Below the pieces are notes generated by a model. The model ran no database searches. It saw nothing but the letters and a program-made list of their open reading frames with translations, and was not told the origin of the DNA. Positions 42,072-56,660 of a DNA stretch of 64,000 bases are shown here, in pieces. Position numbers and translations under genes: made by a program. Numbering within the stretch: the first letter of the stretch is position 1; every line of letters begins with the position of its first letter. The stretch spans positions 276,024,001 through 276,088,000 of the forward strand of contig OZ024740.1 of the NCBI GenBank assembly GCA_964016885.1, written 5' to 3'. This DNA comes from Eledone cirrhosa. Taxonomy: Eukaryota.

Positions 42072-42394
42072 TATACATACATACACATACATACGTATAT
42101 ACATTGTTTAAACAAAAACTGGAACTAGACTAGAAATACTTTCGCTTGTATATATGTGTGTTAAAACATGTCACAGATTAAGTAGACATATAGCCCACCT
42201 CCACCCCCTGAACCTTATATCCCGGCCCCCGCAATTATTATCTGTGACGACGTTCTGTATAAGCATGCATGTGTGTGTGAACATCCCTCCCTCACTCCAC
42301 CCACCTCTCTCTCTGTCTCTCTCTCTCTCTCTCCCTCTCTCTCTCTCCCCCTCTCTCTCTTTCTCATATATATGTGTGTATATATATATATGTG

Positions 42395-42506
<112 letters not shown>

Positions 42507-42534
42507 TATATATGTGTGTATATATATGTACATA

Positions 42535-42605
<71 letters not shown>

Positions 42606-42608
<3 letters not shown>

Positions 42609-42931
42609 AACCAGTAAGACCCCGACGGCTGAGCTCAAGCCGTTTCGACGGCTAATTCTGGACGTCGAAACGGCTTGAGCTCAGCCGTCGGGGTCTTACT
42701 GGTTCCTATTACCCACTCTACTACCCCAAGTATTGAGTACTTTGGTGCGTTATGGTCCACCTGGTTCCTTACCACATTTCCTTCGTTATATATATATATA
42801 GGAAAAAGTATGACCCCGACGGCAGAGCTCAAGCCGTTTCGACGGCTATTTCTGGACAAACTATACTACCCTAAGTATTGAGTACTCTGGTGCGTTATGG
42901 TCCATCTGGTTCCTTACCACAATTCCTTTGT

Positions 42932-42932
<1 letters not shown>
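42606..42932. mobile_element. Two family E copies (42606-42787, 42800-42932) in (TA)n
   Basis: Inverted HHR half followed by the sense tail ending in tt(AT)n. Confidence 0.85.
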
Positions 42933-42964
<32 letters not shown>

Positions 42965-42990
42965 ATACATATATATATATACATATATAT

Positions 42991-43074
<84 letters not shown>

Positions 43075-43255
43075 GTATATTACGTATATATATATATTTA
43101 TACGTATACATATATATATATATATACGTAAACGTATTTATAAGAATACATATATATATACGTAAACACACACACACATATATATATATATATGAATAAA
43201 GTGGTCCTTCATCAGTGATCTTCCAACCATCATCGGTATTTCTTCGCTTTAAAGA

Positions 43256-43464
<209 letters not shown>

Positions 43465-43767
43465 CTATGTCTTAAGTTGTCTGTGGGTAGGTATGAGTTT
43501 ACCATTTTCGCTATCGCCAATGATTCCTGGTTTGTTTTCTTTCTTTCTTTCTTCTTCCTTCCGTTTCTTTTCATTTTCCTCGTTTACTTCCTCCCCTCCC
43601 CCCCCCCCTACTCCCTATTCTATCATTCATCATTTTCTTTCTTTCCTTTTTTCTTGAATAAAATGTTATTTGTTGTCTTTGAGTTTGGGTGTTTATTGAT
43701 AACTTTTTATTATCTTTACAATCGCGTTATTTGTGTGTGTATGCCTACTTACATATGTGTGTGTATG

Positions 43768-43847
<80 letters not shown>

Positions 43848-43849
43848 CA

Positions 43850-44001
43850 GAGAGAAAGAGAGAAATGACTTCTACAGGACTAGAACGGTTTCATTCATAT
43901 GAAAGCGTCAGGAATGAAACAGTTCTAGACCTGTATATATAATAAAGATGACTATACTCTACCAGTGTATTGAGTACCATTTTAACATAACTCGGGAAAT
44001 C

Positions 44002-44005
<4 letters not shown>
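43850..44005. mobile_element. Family F copy
   Basis: Fold-back; minus strand ttcCTGACGCtttcatatgaatGAAAc..cctGTAgaa; tail gtattgagtacc. Confidence 0.75.
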
Positions 44006-44043
<38 letters not shown>

Positions 44044-44418
44044 TATGTATACGTGTGTACAGACGTACAGTAGTATGTATATATATATATACATACATGC
44101 ACACATATATATATGTACGTATGGGTTTACCGAACATTTATTATAATGTTCGGTTTGTTTGTAAACAAACAGCCCGAATTTCGCCGTACAGTGCTCGGCA
44201 ACCATCGTCGCCCCTTTGTTCAACACTGGCACAGGAAGGATGTACTAGTTTCAAGCTTATTTGCTATCGTCAGCAACGTACACCTTTCTGTCAGATGATT
44301 GAACGTGTGAAAGTATATACTTTCCTTATGCATATTAACGGCTGAGCAGCCTAATTTGCATTTCGAGTGAGTTAGTCGGCCAGGCGCACCGAAAACGATA
44401 TAAATATATTTCTATATG

Positions 44419-44724
44419 CAGTTGACCCCCGGTATTCGTGGAAGTTACGTTCCTAGAACGCCCGCGAAAAGTGAGAAACCGCGAATATTGGACGTGGTCC
44501 ATAAAAATGCCTATAAACTTCAAAACATAACGTAAAATATAGGCCGGCAAATACGGTATATTGTTATTAATAATTTAGCGTTAAAAAGAGTGAACAAATA
44601 TATATATATTGCCACCAAAGAAGTCATAAAAAGGTCCGGAAGATATTTACTAATCCGCGATTATGTGGTGGTTTCCAAGGAAAATTTGGCGAATAACTGG
44701 GACCGCGAATGCCAGGGTACACTA
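44419..44724. mobile_element. pogo/Tigger-like MITE
   Basis: cagttgacccccggtattcgtgg / ccgcgaatgccagggtacacta. Confidence 0.55.
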
Positions 44725-44749
44725 TATATATTTATATATATATATATAT

Positions 44750-44950
44750 GTAGATTCCCGAGTTATGTCGGGGGTAAGCACAGTTAAAATGGTACTCAAT
44801 ACATTGGTAGAGTATAGGCATCTTTATTATATATATATATATATGTATAAATAAATGACTTCTACAGGTCTAGAACTGTTTCATTCCTGATACTTTCATA
44901 TGAATGAAACCGTTATAGTCCTGTAGAAGTCATTTCTCTCTTTCCCTCTA
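44750..44950. mobile_element. Family F copy, inverted relative to 43850-44005
   Basis: Reverse-complement similarity including the fold-back junction. Confidence 0.75.
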
Positions 44951-45046
44951 TGTATATATATAAAAAAAAGTAAAGACCCCCTTCAGTCACGAATGACATT
45001 GGAATTTCAACCTATTTCAACTCATTTCTACAGCTGTGTGAACTGG

Positions 45047-45354
45047 AGCAACGTGAAATAATTGTTTCTACTTTTTGGCACAAGGCCAGCAATTAACCAG
45101 TGCATTACTGGTACTTTATTTTATCGACCCCGTAAGGATGAAAGGCAAAGTTAACCTCAGCGGGATTTGAAATCAGAATGACAAGGGCTGTAACTCTATG
45201 CGTCAAAGCATGGCGTCCGACCCTCTACCGATACTGCCAATCCACCGCAACGTGAAATAATGTGTCGTGCTCAAGAAAACAACGCATAGCCCGGCCCGAT
45301 AATCGAACTTACAACCCTACGATTGTCAGCTCGACGCTCTAACCATTAAGCCAT
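45047..45354 (-). mobile_element. Young SINE B nested in a family A SINE
   Basis: 15-bp TSD gcaacgtgaaataat. Confidence 0.85.
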
Positions 45355-45370
45355 GTATGTGTGTGTGTGA

Positions 45371-45416
<46 letters not shown>

Positions 45417-45618
45417 ATATATACAAAGTGTTAAAACGATCAAATTTTAGTTTAGAACATTTATCGGCTGACAATTGTTTCTTCCAGATGTAAGTCTGAA
45501 TTCATCGGAGCATAAGGAATGTCGAAAACGTGTAACTAGAATCCTAGTCATTTAGAACATCTAGGGTACATAGTTGTTATTAGTGTCAAAGGCATCATGT
45601 GGTGATTCAGTGTTCTAC

Positions 45619-45666
<48 letters not shown>

Positions 45667-45669
45667 ATA

Positions 45670-45836
<167 letters not shown>

Positions 45837-46671
45837 GTAGAACACTGGAAGGTAATATCCGTAGTGGTAGAGCACTCAGTCAATGGGACGAGTTAGGTAG
45901 AAGTGGTTACACAACAGTTAGTTCACCATACCGAGAACTATTGTTTCACCTTAGCGGATCCTAGCTGAGGATATATATATATATATATATATATATATCG
46001 GAATAACAGCAAACAAAAAACAGACAAATGCAGGAGTAAATATTACAAACGTTCGGTGAGAGTGTAGCGTGTGGTTGCGACGTTTCGGCCATAAACCATT
46101 CATCGGGAGACAGGGGGTAGGAACTCCGAGACGGAGTGAGGAAGGAGGGCAGTTAGCGAGAAAAAATATATATATATATTACACACATGCATATGTATGT
46201 ATATATATATACAAAACCTGTCAAAGGGCAAAGGAGCTCTTAAGAGTCAATAGCCATCCAAAATCACCGGGAGAGATGACCCCTTAGCCTTTGTCAAGGC
46301 AGAATTCTAGGAGAAGGAAAACTCTGATATAACACCTGCAACTCTGATGGTATCCAATGATGTTGACTTGTTCTTCTTTTTGGTAAATATCATCTTGGTT
46401 AAGAGAGTGGGACTGGCTTTGTGCAGTACCTTTGCTCACTATAAAAGCTTCATGGCACAGGCATTGCTTTATATCTGGAGATCTCTCTGCACTTGTCGTC
46501 ACATGGTACCATGGGCCCAGCACTATGTGTCAATAGTTGTCACAAGTGTAGTGTTTGTACCAGAGTTTTCAAGTCGCTGGACTAAAAAGTCACACTCGTT
46601 CAGCGCATCGGTAGGGGTTCTCCTACATGGATATAAGGTAGTGGCCGTACTCGAAAACGAGTTGTCAGCCA

Positions 46672-46777
<106 letters not shown>

Positions 46778-46932
46778 CTGTCTGTGTGTGTTTCAAGGCG
46801 GCAAGCAAGAATAATTTTACTTCTTTCTCAATTTGATTTATCAGTATTTCTAGTCTGTCACAGTGTTTATGCAATATGTGTATACGTGTCGTTGTGTGTG
46901 TCTTTCTGAATGTATGCATATATATATGAATG

Positions 46933-47009
<77 letters not shown>

Positions 47010-47019
47010 ATATATATAC

Positions 47020-47087
<68 letters not shown>

Positions 47088-47221
47088 ATGTATATGTATA
47101 TGCATACACACACACACGCACATATATATATATATGCATTTATATATGTGCGTGTGTGTGTGTGTATGTCTGTATGTATATATATATATGCATATATATG
47201 TGCGCGTGTGTTTATTTCTGC

Positions 47222-47277
<56 letters not shown>

Positions 47278-47363
47278 AAGTGGTTAGGATATTATTTCAA
47301 GAAAAAGACACAAAACAAATGCTTATGTAGATGTGTGTGTAAATACATACATACATACATACA

Positions 47364-47394
<31 letters not shown>

Positions 47395-47742
47395 GATTGT
47401 GTGTGTGTGTGTGTGTGTGTATGTGCGTGGTGTCCATGTAAGCATATGTGTCAATGTGTGTGTCTATGTTATATGTTTTGTTGAAATAATACTCTTATAG
47501 CGCTGTTTTCTTTTCCCTGACACAAACCACATGGAAGCACTTCCTTCTATTCCATTCAGTATACAATGTTTCATTTATTTGTTGTTGTGGTTTTTAAATT
47601 TGTTTATATGTTACATTTTGTGTTTTAAATTGTACTTGTTTCTATTTTGTTTTGTTATTACTTAAATTTCGTTTTTTCTTCTCTTCAATGTGTGTCTGTG
47701 TGTGTGTGTATACATATATACATACATGCACACGCACACTCA

Positions 47743-47858
<116 letters not shown>

Positions 47859-47981
47859 AAACACAGGAGTCAACTTTACACAACTATATTAGGTCCATGC
47901 TTGGTAAAAGTTAAGGTGATTTCATTCGGACAGAAGTCTTTCTTCAGGAATGTTCGGATAAGGAGAGAACAGATACACGTA

Positions 47982-48024
<43 letters not shown>

Positions 48025-48036
48025 AGTATGCATATA

Positions 48037-48231
48037 CGTGGGTTGGCTGAAAAGTTCATAGACTGACCATGATACTCTCGTGGAATGAGCAAATAAGCTT
48101 TATTTTTCAACATAGTCCCTCGAAAGGGACAGTGCAGTTATTAATAAGAGTTGAATTTAATGCATGCAAGATTTCACAGCTCTAGCATCACTCATTCATA
48201 GTCTGCCCGTGAACTTTTCGGTCAGCCCTCG
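48037..48231. mobile_element. Mariner-derived MITE
   Basis: TA|cgtgggttggctgaaaagttca ... tgaacttttcggtcagccctcg|TA. Confidence 0.75.
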
Positions 48232-48428
48232 TATAAAGATGCATATATATAGATATACAGGGTGTCCCCCAAAAATGTATACACGTTCTACAGCTTTCTA
48301 ATCAAAGTGTGTATGCATTTTTTAGAGATACAGTGGGATGGCGTCATCGTATGGCTAAAACAGCACGACGTGCTGTGACCAGCGACGCCGAATGGCGCCC
48401 GACAGACTGGTCGGTCAAGGTGATCAAG

Positions 48429-48482
<54 letters not shown>

Positions 48483-48484
48483 TA

Positions 48485-48795
48485 CGGCTTAGAAAGTTGG
48501 ATTCACAAACCTGGGGTTGTGAGTTCGACTTCGGGATTTGGTGGAGCGTTATTTTTCTTGAGCAAGACACGTTATTTCCAGTTCAATCACCTGGCGAAAT
48601 GAGTTGCGACGTCACTGGTGCCAAGGTGTATCAGCTTTTGCCTTTCCCTTGGACAACATCGGTGACGTGGAGAGGGAAGACCGGTATGTATGGGCGAATA
48701 CAGGTCTTCCATAAATCCACAAAAGCACCTTGCCTATGCTTCAGAGGGGAACTTTCTAGATGCAAAACCCATGGTCATTCGTGACCGAAGATGGT
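48485..48795 (+). mobile_element. Family A-related SINE with a different 3' body
   Basis: B box gagttcgact, ttcttgagcaagacacgttatttc; the tail end matches the minus strand of 44973-45000. Confidence 0.5.
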
Positions 48796-48928
48796 CATTA
48801 CATTTTATATATATATATATAATTGGTGTTGGATGCTTAAAGCGTCCGTATGCAGTAGGCCGTTTGAGCACTCGATGCTCTCATAGAGCAGAGTATGATA
48901 TCACAAAAAATCTGCTTCGTAGAATCAA

Positions 48929-49024
48929 GACGTATCTGAAGACCTTGCGATTTTCAGAGTCAGGTTCGATCATCACATCGATCGTGCCTCGAGCTGGTCG
49001 CCAGAGAAACGATTGTAATATGTC
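48929..49024 (+). ncRNA. Complete HHR with long (~63-nt) stem II
   Basis: gacgtat-CTGAAGA-[long imperfect hairpin]-GAAAC-gatt-GTA-atatgtc; 7-bp stem I with one G-U; AATAAA then tail into (TA)n. Confidence 0.65.
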
Positions 49025-49064
49025 CAATAAATTCCACTCGTCGCAACACTGATTCTCTTTTTTT

Positions 49065-49105
<41 letters not shown>

Positions 49106-50274
49106 GCAAGACATATGAGAGGGTGGTTCAGCCGGTACTTTGTTCCGGGGCCCAAGAGATAAGAACGTCCCACAACAACCACACAACATCCATTTTGAGA
49201 AAAATTGTTGCCTGCTTCATGTCCCAAAGGGGTCTTGTACCACCAAGCAACATTTCTCTTGGAGGCCCTGTATATGGGAGATATTTATCATACATTTATT
49301 TGTATATGTGTATTAATGATGGGGCACTGTGTGCGTGCGTATAGATAAATGGCTGTATATTTATGGGAGAAAGATAGCTGACAGTTGTTACGTTACAACG
49401 CTGGGTACACAAACTTTGCTTGACAATTTCAATTACTCATCATGCTAATCTTGTTCATTTACGTATGTAAATATTCCTCTGAATATGTATGTGAATATAT
49501 ATATGCATATATATGTGTGCTTGTATATGTAAGTAAACAAATCCAAACGCATGTGTAAGTATATGTATGTGTGTGTGTCTTCCACGAAACCACAAATTGT
49601 GCAACAAAGCATATTACAAAAACATTATTTGCCTTCGTAATTTCATGTTTTACAATAGCTTACAACATTGCACATCTCTTTTTCGTAATGTTATTAGGTT
49701 GCAGTTATGGTAGTGAAGGTGGTGGGTATGTTATGTTGGCGGTGGGATGGGGGGGGGGGGTGTAACTCTGGAGGTCTGTTTTAAAAATCAACCAACTAAC
49801 TAACCAACCACACCTACACAATCCTAACGACTATATGCGTCACAGGACCTGATTGAAATAACAGCTAAATCTCCCTCAAAACTCACCTCACCGTCTAAAA
49901 CAAAAGAACTGCACATTAGATTATGTACTTTTAAAGGTATGAATCAAGGACCATTGCAGTAGCCTACACATCAACATGTGTAACTCCATACAAAGCTGAT
50001 AATAGGTGCATGAGAGATGTGCAATGTAAGCTCCATTTCAAATATCTATAGGCCCAGGCCTGACCTAAATGTATGTCTCGTTACGTATCTTAGTTAGTGC
50101 TAAATGCAATGTTTACGATTTAGTTACAGATATATACATGCACATTATTTATGATATATATATATATATATATATATAGTAATAATAATAAATTTGAAGA
50201 CTAAAATCCAAAGAGGGCTCGATAAGGATAAATATATATATCAAATATATAAGAACCGTAGAGCAAATATTTAT

Positions 50275-50412
50275 TAAAATAACAGATTAAAGTTTAAGCA
50301 AAGAATCGCTGCTTTCACCCTTAACGGGATCTTCTGAAACTAACAAAAAACAGAAGATCCCGTTAAGGGTGAAAGCAGCGATTCTTTGCTTAAACTTTAA
50401 TCTGTTATTTTA
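50275..50412. mobile_element. Fold-back palindrome (62-bp arms) containing an HHR variant
   Basis: Minus 50291-50341: agttt-CAGAAGA-t ccc gttaa ggg t-GAA-AGCA..TGCT-T-aaact. Confidence 0.75.
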
Positions 50413-51075
50413 ATATATATACATATATATATGTATACATATATATATGTGTATGTGTGTGTGTGTGTGTGTGTAGTTAATACGAAGCATTGTGAGATAT
50501 GTAGTAAAGGTCCGACAATTTTCAAAAAACCGGTAAAATTCGGTAGAAAAATACGAAAAGCAAACGATGACAAATAAAACAAAACAAACCCAAGTAATGT
50601 CTTCCCCAATGTATTTTAAAATGATATTTCAGGGCTATTACCCTCTTTTTAAATGCGAAGCTGAAAGAGTTCATAACAAATCGAACTGGCCTATGTGTTT
50701 GTAATACGCATGCGTGGAATCGCTTCAGTAGCCAGCCTGCCTCGTCCATACCGGAAATGCACTGAAGAGAGGGTATTAGTCTTGAAATATTATGCTAAAA
50801 CACACTGGGTAAAACATCACTTTGTTTTGTTTCTTTTGTCATCATTTGCCCTTTGTATATTTCTACAACATTGTACCGACTTTTTTTTTTATTGTCTGTC
50901 TTTTACTATATATATATCATTCAGTTGAAGAAAGTTTGTTGATCAAAAATCTGCCGACTTATTCTTAAACAGATGTGAAGCACTCCACGGATTTTGTTCC
51001 TTAGGATTTTCTCCGTAAGGTATCATCCGCAGGTTTACTATAATAAGGTATTGTATAATAAGGTAGTTACATAAT

Positions 51076-51258
51076 TGTTTCTACTTTAGGCACAAGGCCA
51101 GCAATCACCCAGTGCATTACTGGTACTTTATTTTATCGACCCCGTAAGGATGAAAGGCAAAGTCAACCTCGGCGGGATTTGAACTCAGATCATAAAGGGA
51201 CGTAACTATGCTGGAAAGCATGGCGTCCGACCCTCTACCGATACTCCCAATCCACCAC
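51076..51258 (-). mobile_element. Young full-length SINE B with 19-bp TSD
   Basis: aataaggtagttacataat on both sides. Confidence 0.9.
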
Positions 51259-52627
51259 AATAAGGTAGTTACATAATAACCGTCTTCGACGTTCTCTTCA
51301 GACGAAACGAGATGTAGCATATCAATGGAAAATTACATCTTGTTTCGTCTGAAGAGAACGTGGAAGGTGGTTATTATATAACTACCTTACATCTTCGAAA
51401 TACGTATAACGAACTAATAAGTAAATGAAGATGTACGAATAAAAACCGTCCCCCTTATTTATTATATATATATATATATACTCACACACACACAAGTGAA
51501 CCAGGTTTTTAAAAATACTCAGTGTCACGCCGTATGGACGCTGCCTCGATGGCACAATTGGGAATTTAGTGAAGTCATCAGTGATATATAAGCAACAGAA
51601 CAGAATAAAATAAAATCGATTAACTTTTTTAAAAAAGAAGATAATTCTTTACCAAAGGAATCCCCTGCATACTTTGCGCCCCCCCCCCCCCCACACACAC
51701 ACATATATACACACCCCTTAAAATCGTAAGCCCATCCAAACTGGCCCACATGATCTCTTCTTTTTCTTACCCTGATAATATGATGTTAATATATTTACGA
51801 ATAGCAGCTGTCTTAATATGTAAAAAAGGGTTAACTCGAATTGATGAAAAACTCTAGTTTCCTACTTGCATTTTTTCATTCTTCTTTTAGGATTTATTCT
51901 AACCAAAGACTGGAAATGTGTTTTCGTTTCATCGCCCACTTATTCTTAATTTTTATTTTTAAAGGACTTTTTAACTTTAAAGACTTCATTTTTTTTTTTA
52001 TCTACCTATATATTTTGTCGATTTTTTCCCTTAGCATTATTTGTTTTTGCTTTTTTTTAATTGCCGTTCATATACGTCTTTCTTAAATGCTTTTATTTAT
52101 TTAAATTCATCTAATAACATATCATCGTTTGAAGTTTATTTTGTTTTAGTGTTGTAGAGAGGGAAGATAATCCTTTCATTCTTGTTTCACTTTTGTGTCT
52201 TAAATCTTGTCTCTTTCGGCCATATTCGCCTTTTTTAATGTTTCTTTCCTTTCCTTTCTTAGCTTCTGCTTTTTTACTTTTCTTTTGGTTCTTGTTTTTG
52301 TCTTCTAATCTTTTTTCTTGTTCACAATTTCTTCTATTCTCTTTTCTTCTTCTCACCATCATGTGCTTCCTATGTTCCTACTATAAATTCTACACCAAGC
52401 CAGTTAAGCCGTAATTTTCGTATTTTCAGTTGCTAGCATAAGTTTGACAAATCATTTTACTATAAGATTAAATATAGAGAAATTATTAAATCCTTTGCTG
52501 TACCCTGTCTCTTGTAATTACCGTCTTTGACTTATTGTTGAGTATACATTGTAGCCACTGCATCTTACATATTGGAGATATATTGAACTAATATCTGTTG
52601 CTTCTGTATAGCTGAATATGATCTTAC

Positions 52628-52700
52628 CTGCTTCTGAACTAATGAAGGAATCATGACTTCCAATCGTATCTAATGCATTTGCATTTAAACTCCTCAGCAT
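52628..52700 (-). CDS. Candidate start-codon exon of a host gene (unverified)
   Basis: Acceptor tttttctctacag at 52882, aaaATG context, MLRSLNANALDTIGSHDSFISSEA, canonical donor CAG|GTAAGA; non-repetitive region. Confidence 0.3.
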
Positions 52701-53577
52701 TTTCCAACTACTATATGTAAAGGTTCCACATATGAGATTCTACTGTGTTTATAATTATATGCAGGAGAAAAGCTGTGTATAAGAAGAATCAGATGTAGTG
52801 TGCAGGACTTAAAATTGTGATGCATGTGGATGGTGATCGTTAGATTCAGAAGTGCAAGGAAATCCCAGTGGAAGTAACCTGCTGTAGAGAAAAACCATTA
52901 ATTTCAACACTTCTTATTAATAACTGCATTGTTTCTTTCCAGGGACTATATTGAAAAATAAACCTCATTTGGTTATTCCATGAGTGTATCTTGGTCAACT
53001 GACCCTTGTAAAGCTGTTTAAGTTGCATTCATCAAACACATTGGACCTTATGATTATGTGAGAAAACACACACTACAACAACAATTAGCTTGATACCATA
53101 AACCTAAATCTGGCACATCATACTCACAGACAATATCTATACTTATCCATGGTTTCATTTACACAGATCTTGCAAAATATACTCAACAAAATATACACAA
53201 AAATTATTTTTCAACATAGTCCCTGGAAATAAACAATGCAGTTAATAATAAGAAGAGTTGAAATTAATGCATGCAAGATTTCACTCCTTTATAATCAGCC
53301 TATAAACTTTTCAGCCAACCCTCATATTTCTAAGAACTGTGTCTATTACAAATGAGGTTCAATCTTTCCTTCTCCATTTCTGAATACACCCAATTTCTTC
53401 CAGAGAGAGGAGTGAGGTGGAGAAGGAAGCAGAATCAACCCTAGTAGTGGATGATAACTTAACAAACCTAAAAGCATGAAAAGCATAGTTGACCTTGGCA
53501 GATTCAAACTGAGAGTACCATGAGCTATACAAATTTTGCAAACCATTCTATTCAATATTCTAATGATTATGCCAATT

Positions 53578-53626
<49 letters not shown>

Positions 53627-53648
53627 GAATATATATATATAAGGTGAA

Positions 53649-53679
<31 letters not shown>

Positions 53680-54401
53680 TTTTACTAATTTTAAACTAGT
53701 AAGACCATTATTTAACCAGATTATTCGATACTTAGAATAGTAGAAATCAACTATATTAAAGAGAGTTGGGGACCGACAGCTGAGCTCTTGCTGTTTCGTC
53801 ATCAAATTCCTATGTAAGGCACCAAGTTCAGCTGTAAGTAGTTGGCATTTGGAAGGGCATCCAGTATCCACTTAAGCCAGAAACAGTTCTGAATGTGCAA
53901 GAGAGTCAACTGACCTGACTTGATTCACTATGGGATAACTCGTCTAACTCATGCTAGTTTGGAAAAATGGATGTTAAATGATGATGATGATGATATATAT
54001 GTGTATGTATGTGTGTGTGTGCATTTTTTTTTTTTACATAATCACAAGGTCCAGAGATATAGGGGTAGGTTAATGACTTTCTTCAACATCAATTTCTCAA
54101 GAGCATTTGTGACGTAAGTATGATAAAATAAAATATATCAAAAAGCAGGCCATTGACATGGCTCACACTGAGATTAGTTTCTACATTTCAATGCTACATA
54201 CAGGCACACATACACACACAAACATGTACACTCAACATATATATATATATACACGTGTGTGTGTGTGTGTGTGTTTATACATATATATATAATGTATAGT
54301 ATATATATATATATCAAGGCAGTGTTTCAACATGGCTACTGTCTAATGACAGAAATCAGTATAAGTAAAAGAATATATACATGCATACACACACACACAC
54401 A

Positions 54402-54439
<38 letters not shown>

Positions 54440-54521
54440 CATATATACTTTTACTTTTACTGGTTTCCATCATTAGACTGTGGCCAAATTGGGACACTTT
54501 CTTGATAGATATATATATAAG

Positions 54522-55405
54522 CATAGTGCCAAATGTCCCATCTAGAATAAGGACCAGATACTGTAACAGTTTGGAGTTGAAGGGCCCCTGGTTCTTTAAT
54601 ATGCTTCCAAAATCTCTGATCCTACTTGGGATGTAGAAGCTAAAATTGACAGGCCTTCCTTGCTGGCTTTACATCATCATCATCATCATCATCGTTTAAC
54701 GTCCATCTTCCACGCTTGCATTACATATCAACAAATTCATGGAACATGCTATCAGAAGAAAGTGGTCACATTTTTGGATGAAAATGACTTGCTAACTGAC
54801 ATCCAGCATAGCTTACACCTGGAGAAAAAAATTATACACAGCTTTTACAGCATTATGACTAGGTGTTGAAACAGCTGCTAAACCACTCAAACTATGGATG
54901 AGATATAGCTGAACTTCACAAAGGCCTCCAATACAATCGATAATGATATGCATGGTTTCAATATAGTTGGAAAACTATATGAGTTCAAATCCCGCCGAGG
55001 TTAACTTTGCCTTTCATCCTTACGGGGTCAATAAAATAAAGTACCAGTAATGAACTGGGTAATTGCTGGCCTTGTGCCTAAAGTAGAAACAAATATAGTT
55101 GGAAAACTAGAGAAAGGGCCACATGACTGCCTAAAAGACTGAAGCTAGACTGTTACAGACAATGACACCCTCTCAAAGAAAACGGCAACAGTATGAGGAG
55201 TTCATCAGGAAACCGTGTTGGGGTCAGTGTTGTTTGCCGTGGCTCTTTCAGATATAGACTCAGCTGTACAAGCAGCCACTCTTGCTAGCTATGTTGATGA
55301 TACAAAAGTAGGACAAGCAATTAAAAATCCTGATGATTCCTCTTTACTATAGTAAGATTTAAATGTTATATACAAATAGGCTGAAGACAACAACATACAA
55401 TTTAA
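54522..55405 (+). pseudogene. CR1-clade LINE reverse-transcriptase fragments, interrupted by a SINE B (18-bp TSD aatatagttggaaaacta)
   Basis: GVHQETVLGSVLF..SD..SYVDDTKV..I..D..L**DLNVIYK*AEDNNIQFN; also NSL..GPWFFNMLP. Confidence 0.8.
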
Positions 55406-55625
55406 CCCTTTAGCATTCACATTACTCTATATATACTATTGTATTTTCATGGTAAAGGCTTTACCTCACATAATTATCTCATATATTATCAAATCTATGA
55501 GATTTTGAAAGTATTTATTTTGAGAACACTACCTTAACATCAGTTTGAGCAACCAGTTCCAGCCAGTTTCAGCAGAGAGAGATAGAGAATTCTGGCTGGT
55601 TTTGGCCAGTTTGATCATTAAAGGG
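55406..55625. mobile_element. piggyBac-type MITE
   Basis: TTAA|CCCTTTA...TAAAGGG|TTAA. Confidence 0.65.
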
Positions 55626-56064
55626 TTAAAGCCAAAGACATCAAAAGGATTACATAATAACTCTTTGGTATGTTCTCATCAGATAGGTGCAAAATTGTAA
55701 TGTGTTTGTTTTTTTATATAAAACTGTAATTAAGAACGTAATGGTTGTAGTCCACTAGATTAGGCATATTTTATATATGACTGTTTCTGTAGGCAGGATA
55801 CCCTTTCTAAAATTCTTGGGATGTTCAAAAGGCTAAACATCAAATTACCAATGGAGTCAGTTGCTCAGATTCATTTATATTTAAGAATTAAGCTGAATAA
55901 TTTACTTATTTATTTTTTTATTTTATCCTATGACACCTTCTTTATAATATTGACATTCCGGTTGATACCCTATTGATAATACTTTAAGGAACACAAGTCG
56001 TAGACTGCTTTACATCTGTTTACAACTACAGTCAAATAGTTTTTTTTCACTTGAATAATATATA

Positions 56065-56262
56065 TGGCTGAGTGGTTAGAGAATTGAGTGGATTCGCTAT
56101 CGTGAGGATGTCAGTTCAATTCCCGGATTGGGTGATGCGTTATGTCCTTGGGCAAGACACTTTATTTCACGTTGCTCCTTCTACCTGGAGTTGCGACCGA
56201 TAGATAGTATTAGCAGTTGGAAAGAGTGTTTCCTCGGTCAGATTTGACGAAAAGTTCATCGA
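56065..56262 (+). mobile_element. SINE family A
   Basis: Matches 343-558. Confidence 0.8.
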
Positions 56263-56444
56263 CTGTCGATATATATATACTCAAATAATTTGACTGGTGT
56301 TGCCTTATAGCAGCTTCAGCTTCAATGTAATACTTGAAATAAATATATATAAATATATATATATAATATATATATATATAAATATATATATAATATATAT
56401 ATATATAAATATATATATAATATATATATATATAATATATATAT

Positions 56445-56507
<63 letters not shown>

Positions 56508-56513
56508 ATATAT

Positions 56514-56626
<113 letters not shown>

Positions 56627-56660
56627 TATATTATATATATATATATATAATATATATGTA

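Noticed and set aside
46284-46660. ORFs upstream of a degenerate HHR as PLE coding sequence
   Set aside because: No recognisable RT or GIY-YIG motif in the frames examined
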